Positions 19,431-27,945 of a DNA stretch of 35,012 bases are shown piece by piece. This stretch comes from Candidatus Sumerlaeia bacterium (GTDB lineage: Bacteria > Sumerlaeota > Sumerlaeia > SLMS01), in assembly GCA_038208905.1 (NCBI GenBank), contig JBBQYG010000023.1, positions 1 through 35,012 of the forward strand, read 5' to 3'. How positions within the stretch are numbered: position 1 is the first letter of the stretch; the number at the start of each line of letters is the position of its first letter. The translations under genes and the position numbers were made by a program. The notes under the pieces were generated by a model. That model made no database searches, was not told the origin of the DNA, and saw nothing but the letters and a program-made list of their open reading frames with translations.

Positions 19431-21662
19431 GTGAGCGATCAGGACTTCAAGACCCGGCTCGTATTCGACGATCTCGACGCCGCCTTGGCCCACGAGCCCG
19501 GACGGACGATCAAGAGCTTGAACGGTGGGCGCGCGAATACCACGAAGCGCCACCACGGCAAGGGCGCTTCCACCACGGAGAACGAGAAGCCGCCGGCAGA
19601 GGCGGAAGAGCACTTCGCCACCGCGCTGATCCCGCATGTCGGCACAGTGGAGGCCGCGAGCCTCGACGGCGTGGAGGCCGAAGATTTCGACGCGGGCAGC
19701 TTCGGCGGGCTCACCAGCAAGGATGGCAGCTTCCAGCTCTCCCATCTGATCGGCAAGGGAGGCCAGGGCGAGGTATGGGAAGCCCTGCAGGTCGAGCTCG
19801 GTCGCGTCGTCGCGGTCAAGCGCTCCCGCGTCACCGGCAATGCCCAGCTGGACTTCATCAAGGAGGCCTACACCTCCGCCCAGCTCGACCATCCAAACAT
19901 CGTCCCCGTGTACGACATCGGCCTGGTTACGGCGGATGGCCGGCGCGTTCCGTTTCTTGCGATGAAGCGCGTCGTGGGCCGTTCATGGCAGGCCGCCCTC
20001 GCGCACGACCGCGAGGAGAAGCATCTGAGCCACGACGACTTCCTCGCGCGGCACCTGCAAATCCTGATCCCCGTCATCAATGCCGTCGCCTATGCCCACA
20101 ACAAGCGCATCATCCATCGCGACCTGAAGCCCGGCCAGGTGATGCTTGGCGAGTACGGAGAGGTCTTCCTCCTCGACTGGGGACTCGCCATCCTGCTGGA
20201 CGAGGTTCAACCCCCCGCGGCGCCGGAGCACCAGACGCCCCCCAACAAGTTCTACACGCTGGACACCGCCACCAATCCCGCCGGCACGCCCGTCTACATG
20301 GCTCCGGAGCAGGCCACCGCAGACACCGTGGGGCTGGGAATCCACACCGATGTCTATCTCCTCGGCGCGATCCTCTTCGAGATCGTCGTCGGCAAGCCTC
20401 CCCACTCCGCCGACACCGTTCGCAAGGCGATGATGAAGGCCCAGATGAACGAATGCCTTCCCTATCCCGACGATGCGCCGGAGGAACTTACAGCGCTGAT
20501 CGACCGGTGTCTTGCCACGGACCCCGCGGACAGGCCCAAGCGCGTTCTGGAAATCCGCCGGGGGATCGAGGACTACCTCTCGGGCGCGTCCAAGAAGGAT
20601 CTCTCCCGCCGCCAGACCGCCAAGATCATGGCGACCAACGATCTCGGCGACTACGAGCATCTCTCCGTCGCCGCCAAGGAACTCAGTCAGGCCGCGGTCC
20701 ACTGGCCCGACAACCCCGACATTCTCCCGTGCCGGGAAAAGCTACTCACGCACTTCGTGGATGTCGCCCTGATAAACAGGGACTTCCTCATTGCGGAGCT
20801 TCAGGCAGACCGCGTCGAGCGCGTGGAACTCGCCGAGGATTTGCGCAGGCGCATCGCCGCCGCCCGCGAGCAGGCGATCAGGGACATTCCCCCGATCCCC
20901 CTCTTCAACCGCACGCGCACCGCCCTCTTCGTCGGCGTCTATCTGCTGATCATCGTGGCGGTGTTTGCCATCGAGCGCGCCGCCAACAAGATCATCGCCC
21001 GCGAAGTCCACGACAAGGCCATGTCCGTGGCCGCGCTGGCCGCGGGGACAATCCGGCCCGATGACCTTCGCGCGGTGGACGAAACCCGGGATATCTATAC
21101 GCCCGCATTCCAACGAATCCTCAACCAGCTTGGCTTCTTCCGCAAATCCAACGACGACATTCGCTACATCTACGTCTTCAAGCGCGAGCCGGGACTTGGC
21201 GAGGGTGTGTGGCGCGTTCTGGTCGATGCCGATCCCGTCGATCTGGACCTCAACGGCGACGGCACCATCTCCAACGACGAGAAGGGCCAGCTCCCCGGCG
21301 AGCTGTACACGGAAGGCACCCTGGAAATGCAGGCGGCAATGGATACCATGACGCCGACGAGTGGAAACGTGCAGGACGACTGGGGAGATTTCGTCAGCGG
21401 ATTTGCCCCCGTCATCGACCCCCGCAGCCGCAACCCCGTCGCGCTTGTCGGGATCGACATCAAGGCCGAAACCGTGACCGCACGCCTCAACAGGGTCTTC
21501 CGATTCACCCTCGCCGGCGCCGCCGTGATCCTCGCCCTGCTGACCGCCGCGCTGCTCGCCTTCTTCCAAAGCCGCCGGACCCTCGAGCAGATCCGCTACC
21601 TGCAGGAAGAGCGCAGAAAGCGGAACTCCGAGGGACGAGGAAAGAAGATTTATCTGGGGTAG
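19431..21662 (+). CDS. Membrane Hanks-type Ser/Thr protein kinase with extracytoplasmic Cache-like sensor domain
   Basis: IGKGGQGEV, VAVK, FIKEA, HPNIVPVYD, HRDLKPGQV, DWG, GTPVYMAPEQ, DVYLLG, DPADRP. Two TM helices flank RYIYV...LVDAD...DDWGDFVSGFAPV...LVGIDI. Confidence 0.9.
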   Translation: MSDQDFKTRLVFDDLDAALAHEPGRTIKSLNGGRANTTKRHHGKGASTTENEKPPAEAEEHFATALIPHVGTVEAASLDGVEAEDFDAGSFGGLTSKDGSFQLSHLIGKGGQGEVWEALQVELGRVVAVKRSRVTGNAQLDFIKEAYTSAQLDHPNIVPVYDIGLVTADGRRVPFLAMKRVVGRSWQAALAHDREEKHLSHDDFLARHLQILIPVINAVAYAHNKRIIHRDLKPGQVMLGEYGEVFLLDWGLAILLDEVQPPAAPEHQTPPNKFYTLDTATNPAGTPVYMAPEQATADTVGLGIHTDVYLLGAILFEIVVGKPPHSADTVRKAMMKAQMNECLPYPDDAPEELTALIDRCLATDPADRPKRVLEIRRGIEDYLSGASKKDLSRRQTAKIMATNDLGDYEHLSVAAKELSQAAVHWPDNPDILPCREKLLTHFVDVALINRDFLIAELQADRVERVELAEDLRRRIAAAREQAIRDIPPIPLFNRTRTALFVGVYLLIIVAVFAIERAANKIIAREVHDKAMSVAALAAGTIRPDDLRAVDETRDIYTPAFQRILNQLGFFRKSNDDIRYIYVFKREPGLGEGVWRVLVDADPVDLDLNGDGTISNDEKGQLPGELYTEGTLEMQAAMDTMTPTSGNVQDDWGDFVSGFAPVIDPRSRNPVALVGIDIKAETVTARLNRVFRFTLAGAAVILALLTAALLAFFQSRRTLEQIRYLQEERRKRNSEGRGKKIYLG

Positions 21663-21708
21663 GGGCGTTTCCTACCGAATGGTGGTTGGCCAGTGAAGTC
21701 GACCCCTT

Positions 21709-21776
21709 TGGACGAGATGGACAACATGGACTTGATGAACGTCCATCGTGTCCGTTCCGTCCATTTGGTCCATCGA
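21709..21776. repeat. Head-to-head inverted array of 9-bp units: (TGGACnnnA)x3-4 then (GTCCATnnn)x4
   Basis: tggacgaga tggacaaca tggacttga tgaac | gtccatcgt gtccgttcc gtccatttg gtccatcga, located between convergent genes. Confidence 0.8.
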
Positions 21777-21848
21777 GTTACAGTGGCACCAAGAATCTCC
21801 AAAATGCTCCCGTAGAATAGGGCAGGAGCCTCGCCCCGCCATTCCACG

Positions 21849-22577
21849 CTACTTCGCTGCCAAGTCCACCCGCCCCCAGTGGGTGTTTTCCCGCGCCATG
21901 CCCTTCTTCGCATTCGGCGCGCCCCACAATTCCACGTTGCGGGAGATGCCCTTGGTGGATGTCTGGGTGGAGAAGTACTCCATCCCCACAATTTCCCCCG
22001 TCTTGTTGCGGGCCCATCCGGTGAAGATCACCGAGTGACCGGAGGGCGACTTCGCCTTATTGGGATCGAAGCGCCGCCAGATTTGCACGAAGTCGCCCGG
22101 CAGCGCGTCCTCCTCCAAGATCGTCTTGCCGAGACCGTAGGCCTCAAAAGCCGCCGAGGGCCCCGGGCCGTTGACATTCTCGACGAACCACAGGCGCTTG
22201 AATTTCGAGAAACCATCCGCCACGAGGTAAGGCTTCGCGGAGGCCCCGTGAAGTTCCGCGTGGCGCGCCAGCGCCTTCACGAAGACCTCCAGCGTCAGCC
22301 CGCAGCAATACGTGCGGCCCTTCTCTTCGCCGCGCATCACACAGACGCCGTCGAGGAGGATGTCCTCCGAGACGCCGTCATAGCTCCCCTCGCTCTTCTT
22401 CGGCCACCAGTAGCCGTGCGTCCCATCGGTCGGATAGGAAGCCGCCACATCGAGCACGATGCGGTTGAACTCGGGAAGCGTGTCCATGGCGATGGGATCG
22501 ATCATCGGCTTTCTCGAACAGGAGGCCACCATCAACGGCACCAGGGCCAACAGTGCAAATGCCTTCGCGATTGTCAT
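21849..22577 (-). CDS. Lipoprotein, putative papain-like (NlpC/P60-related) cysteine hydrolase
   Basis: Lipobox (MVAS-C) after a hydrophobic leader; TYCCGLTLEV, PGDFVQIWR and SGHSVIF. Confidence 0.7.
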   Translation of the reverse strand: MTIAKAFALLALVPLMVASCSRKPMIDPIAMDTLPEFNRIVLDVAASYPTDGTHGYWWPKKSEGSYDGVSEDILLDGVCVMRGEEKGRTYCCGLTLEVFVKALARHAELHGASAKPYLVADGFSKFKRLWFVENVNGPGPSAAFEAYGLGKTILEEDALPGDFVQIWRRFDPNKAKSPSGHSVIFTGWARNKTGEIVGMEYFSTQTSTKGISRNVELWGAPNAKKGMARENTHWGRVDLAAK

Positions 22578-22579
22578 CC

Positions 22580-22615
22580 GTCCATGCTGTCCATTTCGTC
22601 TAGATGGTCAATCAC
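22580..22615. repeat. Four degenerate 9-bp (GTCCATnnn) units filling the intergenic gap
   Basis: gtccatgct gtccatttc gtctagatg gtcaatcac. Confidence 0.65.
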
Positions 22616-24564
22616 GGCCTCGAACCAGCCCTCCATCGCCCCCACACGGAAACCAACCCATCCCACGCCAGCACCACCCCCGCCGACCAAACCAGAAAAA
22701 TGAGCGGCGCCGCAGGCGACGCAAGCCGCCAGCCAGTGCCAAGCGGGACGATTACCGCAACGGGAAACAGGAAGGCCGCATACGCGACCGCCACCCACCA
22801 GGCCTCCCGCCGCCGCCAAAGCGCCCACGCCCCCAGAATCCCGAAGGCCATCGCCAGCTCGCTTCCGCGAAACAACGAGCCATGGGGAAACCGGTACAGG
22901 AACACGTCCACAAATCCCATCGCCACGCGCCTTGCCGAAGCCAGAACGCCCCCATCCGTCAGCAGCACACCCGAACCGATGACATCGCCCGCATACGGAT
23001 TCGCATTCCAATCAGCCCATGTCGCGGGAAAGCCGGGCTCGCCGATATGCGCCAGGTTGTAGTAATAGCGCGTGTGGACGTTGGCGCTGTAGAGCAGGTC
23101 GCCATCGCCAACCCGCGCGTTGTAGAGAAGGTGTGGTACCAGCGGCACGATGGCCAACGCCGCGGCCACGGCCACCTCTCCCCACTTCCACCGCTGCCTC
23201 CACGCCACCCAGGCCAGCAGCGGGACGAGAAGGAAGGCGTTGTTGATCCGCAGCAGCGCCAGCGCGGCGCCGATCATCCCAAACGCAATGGCGCGCGCCC
23301 ACACGTGCCCGGGCAGATAGAGCAACGCCGCGATCAGCCCGAGGAACAGCCCGCTCAGCAAATCGTCGCGCAGTCCCTCCGCCGAGAACTCAGCCAGGAA
23401 CGGCGTCGCGGCCATCATCCCCGCGGCGACGATCCCCGCCAACGGGCCAAACAGCCGCCGCCCGACCGCCCATGTGAGCACCACTGGCAGCAGCCCCAGC
23501 CAGATCCCGGCGAATCGCTGGGAGACGCCCGTCCCCGGCATGATCGTAAACCAGGCCCTCAGCACCGCCGGAAACAAAGGCTCCCGCACCCATGGCGCGT
23601 GCATCTGGCTGGTTTCATAGAACGACCCCGTTCGCGCGATCTCTCCATATCCAGCCGCGTCAGGGAGGAGCGGCGCATTGCGGCCCTCCACGAAAGCCCC
23701 CCACCGAAACAAGATCGCAAGCCCCACGATCCCGGCCAGAAAGCACGCCTCGGCGATTCTTGGATCGAATCCCTCGGTCTTTGTCATGTGCTTTACTATG
23801 ACAACGCCACCCGCCCCGAGGAAGAAGCTGACCGTGAGGACCATGAGCGGCTGCAACAAGTCGTAATAGAATCCAGCCGATACCGCAAACACAGCCCCCG
23901 CCAAGCCCCATAGCATGACGGATCGCCGGAATCCCCGTCGCCCGCTGTAAGTCATGAAGAGTGAGACCGCCACAGGGAGGAGCGCACCGAAAATCGTGGC
24001 GGGAAACATCAGCGGCGCGTCGGCCTTTCGGGCGGAGGAGAACCGAACCGACAAGCGACTTAGCAGGACGCCTTCGCCATCCTCTGCTCTCGGCGAGACC
24101 TCGACTCGCCAACGGCCCACGAGTGTCCATCCCTGCGGCACCGGATCATCGTCCTCCAGCGCGGCGGTTTCTCCCGGAATCACGCCGGGCTTGGTGATCC
24201 GCTTCAGCGAGTCACCCATCGGGATCGAGGCAACCGCCGTCCAAGTTCTTGGGCTCGGGCCCGATACGTGGATGTGGGCGCTCCGCCAAGGACCCACCGG
24301 CGAGATGACCCGGATCGCTGAGTCCCGCCCGCCCGGCGCAAGCCGATCTCCCTCGCGCCGCCAGGGCCCCGCCAGTTCGAGCGTCCCAGTCGTTGGCTCC
24401 GAACGCCCGGGTCGCAGCACCACTTCCTGATCGGGGTACTCGGGATCCGAGAGATCAATCGGCACCAGCCCCGGCAGTAGCACCCACAGCCCCAGCGTCA
24501 CGGCGAGGAGGAACCGCCACTCGGGCGAAACTTGCCCGGCCAGGTTGCGTAGTCGATTCATCAT
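22612..24564 (-). CDS. Polytopic GT-C glycosyltransferase (family 39-like) with N-terminal extracytoplasmic domain
   Basis: LLPDAAGYGEIA, REPLFP, RRLFG...GIVAA, EGLRDDL, ALLRIN and many TM segments. The start is placed at ATG 24564 because the longer ORF overlaps lspA. Confidence 0.72.
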   Translation of the reverse strand: MMNRLRNLAGQVSPEWRFLLAVTLGLWVLLPGLVPIDLSDPEYPDQEVVLRPGRSEPTTGTLELAGPWRREGDRLAPGGRDSAIRVISPVGPWRSAHIHVSGPSPRTWTAVASIPMGDSLKRITKPGVIPGETAALEDDDPVPQGWTLVGRWRVEVSPRAEDGEGVLLSRLSVRFSSARKADAPLMFPATIFGALLPVAVSLFMTYSGRRGFRRSVMLWGLAGAVFAVSAGFYYDLLQPLMVLTVSFFLGAGGVVIVKHMTKTEGFDPRIAEACFLAGIVGLAILFRWGAFVEGRNAPLLPDAAGYGEIARTGSFYETSQMHAPWVREPLFPAVLRAWFTIMPGTGVSQRFAGIWLGLLPVVLTWAVGRRLFGPLAGIVAAGMMAATPFLAEFSAEGLRDDLLSGLFLGLIAALLYLPGHVWARAIAFGMIGAALALLRINNAFLLVPLLAWVAWRQRWKWGEVAVAAALAIVPLVPHLLYNARVGDGDLLYSANVHTRYYYNLAHIGEPGFPATWADWNANPYAGDVIGSGVLLTDGGVLASARRVAMGFVDVFLYRFPHGSLFRGSELAMAFGILGAWALWRRREAWWVAVAYAAFLFPVAVIVPLGTGWRLASPAAPLIFLVWSAGVVLAWDGLVSVWGRWRAGSRP

Positions 24565-24675
24565 GCCGCGACCATCCGACGCCAACTCGCAGGGCCGCGA
24601 GCGCAAACACGCGTCGAGACGGGTTGACCTCGCAAGCAACGATGCAACACCGTGCCGCTTCCTCGGAGGAGAACG

Positions 24676-25251
24676 ATGGGCAACAGCAAGGACGCGAAGC
24701 ACCCCAGCGACGGCGGCCGCATTAAAACCCCGAGCTTTCCGGGCGGAAACGCTCATTGGAAACCTTGCCTTGTGGTTGTTTCTGGGCTCTTTATCCTGGA
24801 TCACATCACCAAGTTCTGGGCCATTGCCGCGCTTAGGCCCAGCTATTGGAACAGCGACGGGATGACACTGGAGCAATGGAACAACCGCCCCGCGATCACC
24901 GTGGTGCCGGGCCTGCTACGCTTCGTCTATGCGGAAAACAAGGGCGCGGCGTTCTCGATCCTCGATGGCTACGTCGGCGTCCTCGCCATTATTAGCGTCC
25001 TCGCCGCTGCCGCGCTGATCTGGTTCTGGAGGTCGCTTCCTGCGGATCAGTTCCGGGGGCGCATCGCCGTGGCACTCGTCTTCTCCGGCGCCGTCGGCAA
25101 CCTAGTGGACCGCGTTTTCCGCGGCTATGTGGTGGACTTCATCGACGCCTATTGGCGAGACCACCATTGGCCCACGTTCAACATCGCCGATTCCTGCATC
25201 TGTGTGGGGGGGGGGATGTTGATCTTGCTCTTTGCACGGGGGAAGATTTGA
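24676..25251 (+). CDS. lspA: Lipoprotein signal peptidase II
   Basis: GGAGGAG SD before ATG 24676; LDHITK, NKGAAFSI, GAVGNLVDR, GYVVDFI, WPTFNIADS. Confidence 0.96.
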   Translation: MGNSKDAKHPSDGGRIKTPSFPGGNAHWKPCLVVVSGLFILDHITKFWAIAALRPSYWNSDGMTLEQWNNRPAITVVPGLLRFVYAENKGAAFSILDGYVGVLAIISVLAAAALIWFWRSLPADQFRGRIAVALVFSGAVGNLVDRVFRGYVVDFIDAYWRDHHWPTFNIADSCICVGGGMLILLFARGKI

Positions 25252-25466
25252 TGCAACCCGGCCTCGGGAAGATCCTCATTACCGTCGGCCTCGTCCTCGC
25301 GGCTTTTGGGGTGATCTTACTCGCCATCGAACGCTTCGGCTTCCGCGCCCTTCCCGGCGACATCAACGTCCAACGCCCCGGCTACTCTTTCTCGTTTCCG
25401 ATCGTAACCTGCATCGTCCTCAGCGTGATCCTGTCCATCATCTTGAACCTGATCGGGCGCAAGTAA
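25251..25466 (+). CDS. DUF2905 family small membrane protein
   Basis: TGATG coupling to lspA; GKILI..G, LPGDI, FSFPIVTCIVLSVILS. Confidence 0.88.
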   Translation: MQPGLGKILITVGLVLAAFGVILLAIERFGFRALPGDINVQRPGYSFSFPIVTCIVLSVILSIILNLIGRK

Positions 25467-25477
25467 CGGCTTTCTGC

Positions 25478-25506
25478 TTGACGCGACCCCTCAAGCGTCT
25501 TTCCCT
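25478..25506 (+). promoter_or_regulatory. Putative ylxM-ffh promoter
   Basis: TTGACG-N17-TTCCCT ends 10 nt before ATG 25517. Confidence 0.35.
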
Positions 25507-25516
25507 GACGCTCCTT

Positions 25517-26005
25517 ATGAGCACCGAACCCACCCTAACGCCCGATTCCGACGACGCCAAGGCCCTTGGCCGCGCCGTCCGCGTGGGGGAGTTGATCGAC
25601 CTCTACGGGCCGCTCCTCACTGATCGCCAGCTTCAGTTCCTTCGCCTGCACTATGGCGAGGACCTCTCCTTCGGCGAGATTGCCCAGGAATTCGGCGTCT
25701 CCCGCCAGGCGATTCACGACGCCGTCAAGCACGGCATCCAATCGCTGGAGGAGTACGACGCCAAACTGGGCTTTGGTTCCAAGGATATCCCGGATCGCCG
25801 CCAGGGCGCCGAAGAAACAGCGCGACCCGCCGCGTCCGAGGGCGTCCAGCAAAGTGGCATGACGGGCCTTGCCCCATGCATCGCCGCCCTGGAGAATATT
25901 CAGGATCGCCTGCAGCGCTGTGGCGGCGTTCTCTATAACCCAGAGGGCATCTCCAGCGACTTGGGCGCTGTCCTCGACCGCCTGCGCGGGCTATCCGAGG
26001 ACTGA
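25517..26005 (+). CDS. ylxM: YlxM/p13 family SRP-associated HTH protein with C-terminal extension
   Basis: DLYGPLLTDRQ...YGEDLSFGEIAQEFGVSRQAIHDAVK...LEEYDAKLG; immediately upstream of ffh. Confidence 0.88.
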   Translation: MSTEPTLTPDSDDAKALGRAVRVGELIDLYGPLLTDRQLQFLRLHYGEDLSFGEIAQEFGVSRQAIHDAVKHGIQSLEEYDAKLGFGSKDIPDRRQGAEETARPAASEGVQQSGMTGLAPCIAALENIQDRLQRCGGVLYNPEGISSDLGAVLDRLRGLSED

Positions 26006-26041
26006 GTTTCACTCCGCTAACCGACTGATAACAGGAACCTT

Positions 26042-27574
26042 ATGTTCGACTCGCTGGGCGACAAATTCGAGGCCGTGTTCAAGAAGCTCCGGGGTCAGAG
26101 TACCCTGAGCGAGACGAACATGAAGGACGCCCTGCGGGAAGTCCGCCTCGCCCTGCTGGATGCCGACGTCAACTACAAGGTCGTCAAGGACTTCGCCACG
26201 GCAGTCCAAGTCCGGGCCCTGGGCGCCGAAGTCCTGAAGGGCGTCAATCCCGCCCAGCAGCTCATCAAGATCGTCCACGACGAGTTGGTGACGATGATGA
26301 CGGGCGAGGGCACCAACCCCGACCGCCCCTTTGTCGTGCAGCCCGGCAAGATGAATACCATCATGATGCTGGGTCTTCAGGGGGCAGGCAAGACCACCTT
26401 CTGCGGCAAACTGGCCTCCTATCTGACCAAGAAGAGCTGCCGTCCGCTCCTCGTCGCCTGCGACATCTACCGCCCCGCCGCCATCGAGCAGCTCAAGACG
26501 CTGGGCAAGTCCCTCAACATTCCCGTCTATGCGCGCGACACCGAGACCCCCGTGGTCGAGATCGTCCGCGGCGCCCTCGCCCAGGCCAAGGAAAGCGGTC
26601 GCGATGTCCTTATCATCGACACCGCCGGCCGCCTGCACATCGACGAGGTGAAGATGGACGAGTTGATCGCCGTCCGCGATCAGTTCCACCCCGACTACAC
26701 CTTCCTTGTCGCCGACGCGATGACGGGCCAGGACGCCGTGAATTCCGCCATGGCCTTCAACGAGCAGGTCGGCATCGACGGCGTTTGCCTCACCAAGATG
26801 GACGGCGATGCGCGCGGTGGCGCGGCGCTCTCGATCAAGGCCGTCACCGGCAAGCCCATCGTCTTCGTCGGCACCGGCGAGAAGTCCGACAATCTCGAGC
26901 AGTTCCATCCCGACCGCGTTGCCAAGCGCATCCTGGGGATGGGCGATGTCGTTTCCCTCGTCGAGAAGGCCCAGGAAGCCATCGACGAATCCGAGGCGAT
27001 GGACATGCAGGACAAGCTCGCCTCGGGCACGTTCTCCTACGACGATTTCGTGAAGCAGATGCGGACGATCCGCAAGATGGGCTCCCTCAAGGGGCTCCTC
27101 GGGATGCTTCCCGGCGTCGGCGCGATGCTCAAGGACGTGGACAACGAAATGCTAGACCGCGAGCTTGGAAAAACCGAGTCGATGATTCAGTCCATGACCG
27201 CCGAGGAGCGCCGCAACGGAACGCTCGTTTCGAAGGAAGGGCGCCGCCGCGACCGCATCGCCAAGGGGAGCGGACGGTCACTCAAGGAAGTCAACGACCT
27301 TGTTCGCAACTTCGAGCAAATGCGCGCCATGATGCAGCAGATGGCGGGCGGAGCGGGCGGAATGATGGGCGGGCTCGGTGGGATGATGGGCGGCATGAAC
27401 CCCTTTGGCGGGGGCGGCCCGGGGATGGGCGGAATGCCGATGCCGGGAATGGGAGGCGGTCCGCCGATGAGCAAGAAGATGCTCCGCGCCCAGAAGGAAA
27501 TGATTCGTCAGCAACAGCGCGAGTTGGACGCCAACCGCCCGCGCCCCAAGAAGAACCGCAAGCGCAAGCGATAG
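26042..27574 (+). CDS. ffh: Signal recognition particle protein Ffh
   Basis: MFDSLGDK, ALLDADVNYKVV, GLQGAGKTT, DIYRPAAIEQL, DTAGRLHID, TKMDGDARGGAALS, RILGMGDV and a Met-rich M domain. Confidence 0.98.
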   Translation: MFDSLGDKFEAVFKKLRGQSTLSETNMKDALREVRLALLDADVNYKVVKDFATAVQVRALGAEVLKGVNPAQQLIKIVHDELVTMMTGEGTNPDRPFVVQPGKMNTIMMLGLQGAGKTTFCGKLASYLTKKSCRPLLVACDIYRPAAIEQLKTLGKSLNIPVYARDTETPVVEIVRGALAQAKESGRDVLIIDTAGRLHIDEVKMDELIAVRDQFHPDYTFLVADAMTGQDAVNSAMAFNEQVGIDGVCLTKMDGDARGGAALSIKAVTGKPIVFVGTGEKSDNLEQFHPDRVAKRILGMGDVVSLVEKAQEAIDESEAMDMQDKLASGTFSYDDFVKQMRTIRKMGSLKGLLGMLPGVGAMLKDVDNEMLDRELGKTESMIQSMTAEERRNGTLVSKEGRRRDRIAKGSGRSLKEVNDLVRNFEQMRAMMQQMAGGAGGMMGGLGGMMGGMNPFGGGGPGMGGMPMPGMGGGPPMSKKMLRAQKEMIRQQQRELDANRPRPKKNRKRKR

Positions 27575-27648
27575 AAGCGCCACGGCAAGAGACCACGAAA
27601 CCGCCCCGCCACCCCCAGACCTACATCGCGCCAAGGAACCAGACCCAG

Positions 27649-27945
27649 ATGGTAAAGATCCGCCTCACCCGCATCGGACGCACGCACGACGCCTTCTTCC
27701 GCATCATCGTCGCCGATAGCCGCCGCGCCCGCGACGGCAAGTTCATCGAGATCATCGGCCGCTATCAGCCGACCATGAAGGACAACCAGATCATGGTGGA
27801 GGAGGAGCGCGCGTTCTATTGGCTCCACAACGGCGCCCAGCCCAGCGAGACGGTCCGCTCCATCCTGCGCAAGCAGGGCATCATGAAGAAGTACCACGAG
27901 ACCAAGGCCGCCGCCAAGAAGGAGCTTCAGGCCAGCAAGGCCTGA
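27649..27945 (+). CDS. rpsP: 30S ribosomal protein S16
   Basis: MVKIRLTRIGR...FRIIVADSRRARDGKFIEIIGRY...WLHNGAQPSETVRSIL; AAGGA SD. Confidence 0.97.
   Translation: MVKIRLTRIGRTHDAFFRIIVADSRRARDGKFIEIIGRYQPTMKDNQIMVEEERAFYWLHNGAQPSETVRSILRKQGIMKKYHETKAAAKKELQASKA

Noticed and set aside
24565-24876. N-terminal 104 codons of the 754-aa minus ORF
   Set aside because: They overlap divergent lspA and its SD; a start at 24564 gives a clean 111-nt divergent gap.
27340-27470. GGC/ATG-rich repeats at the end of ffh
   Set aside because: Low-complexity Gly/Met/Pro coding tail, commonly seen on Ffh; not a DNA-level element.
26785-27945. 386-aa ORF appearing to be a long N-terminally extended S16
   Set aside because: The upstream part overlaps ffh in another frame; the real rpsP starts at ATG 27649 with its own SD.
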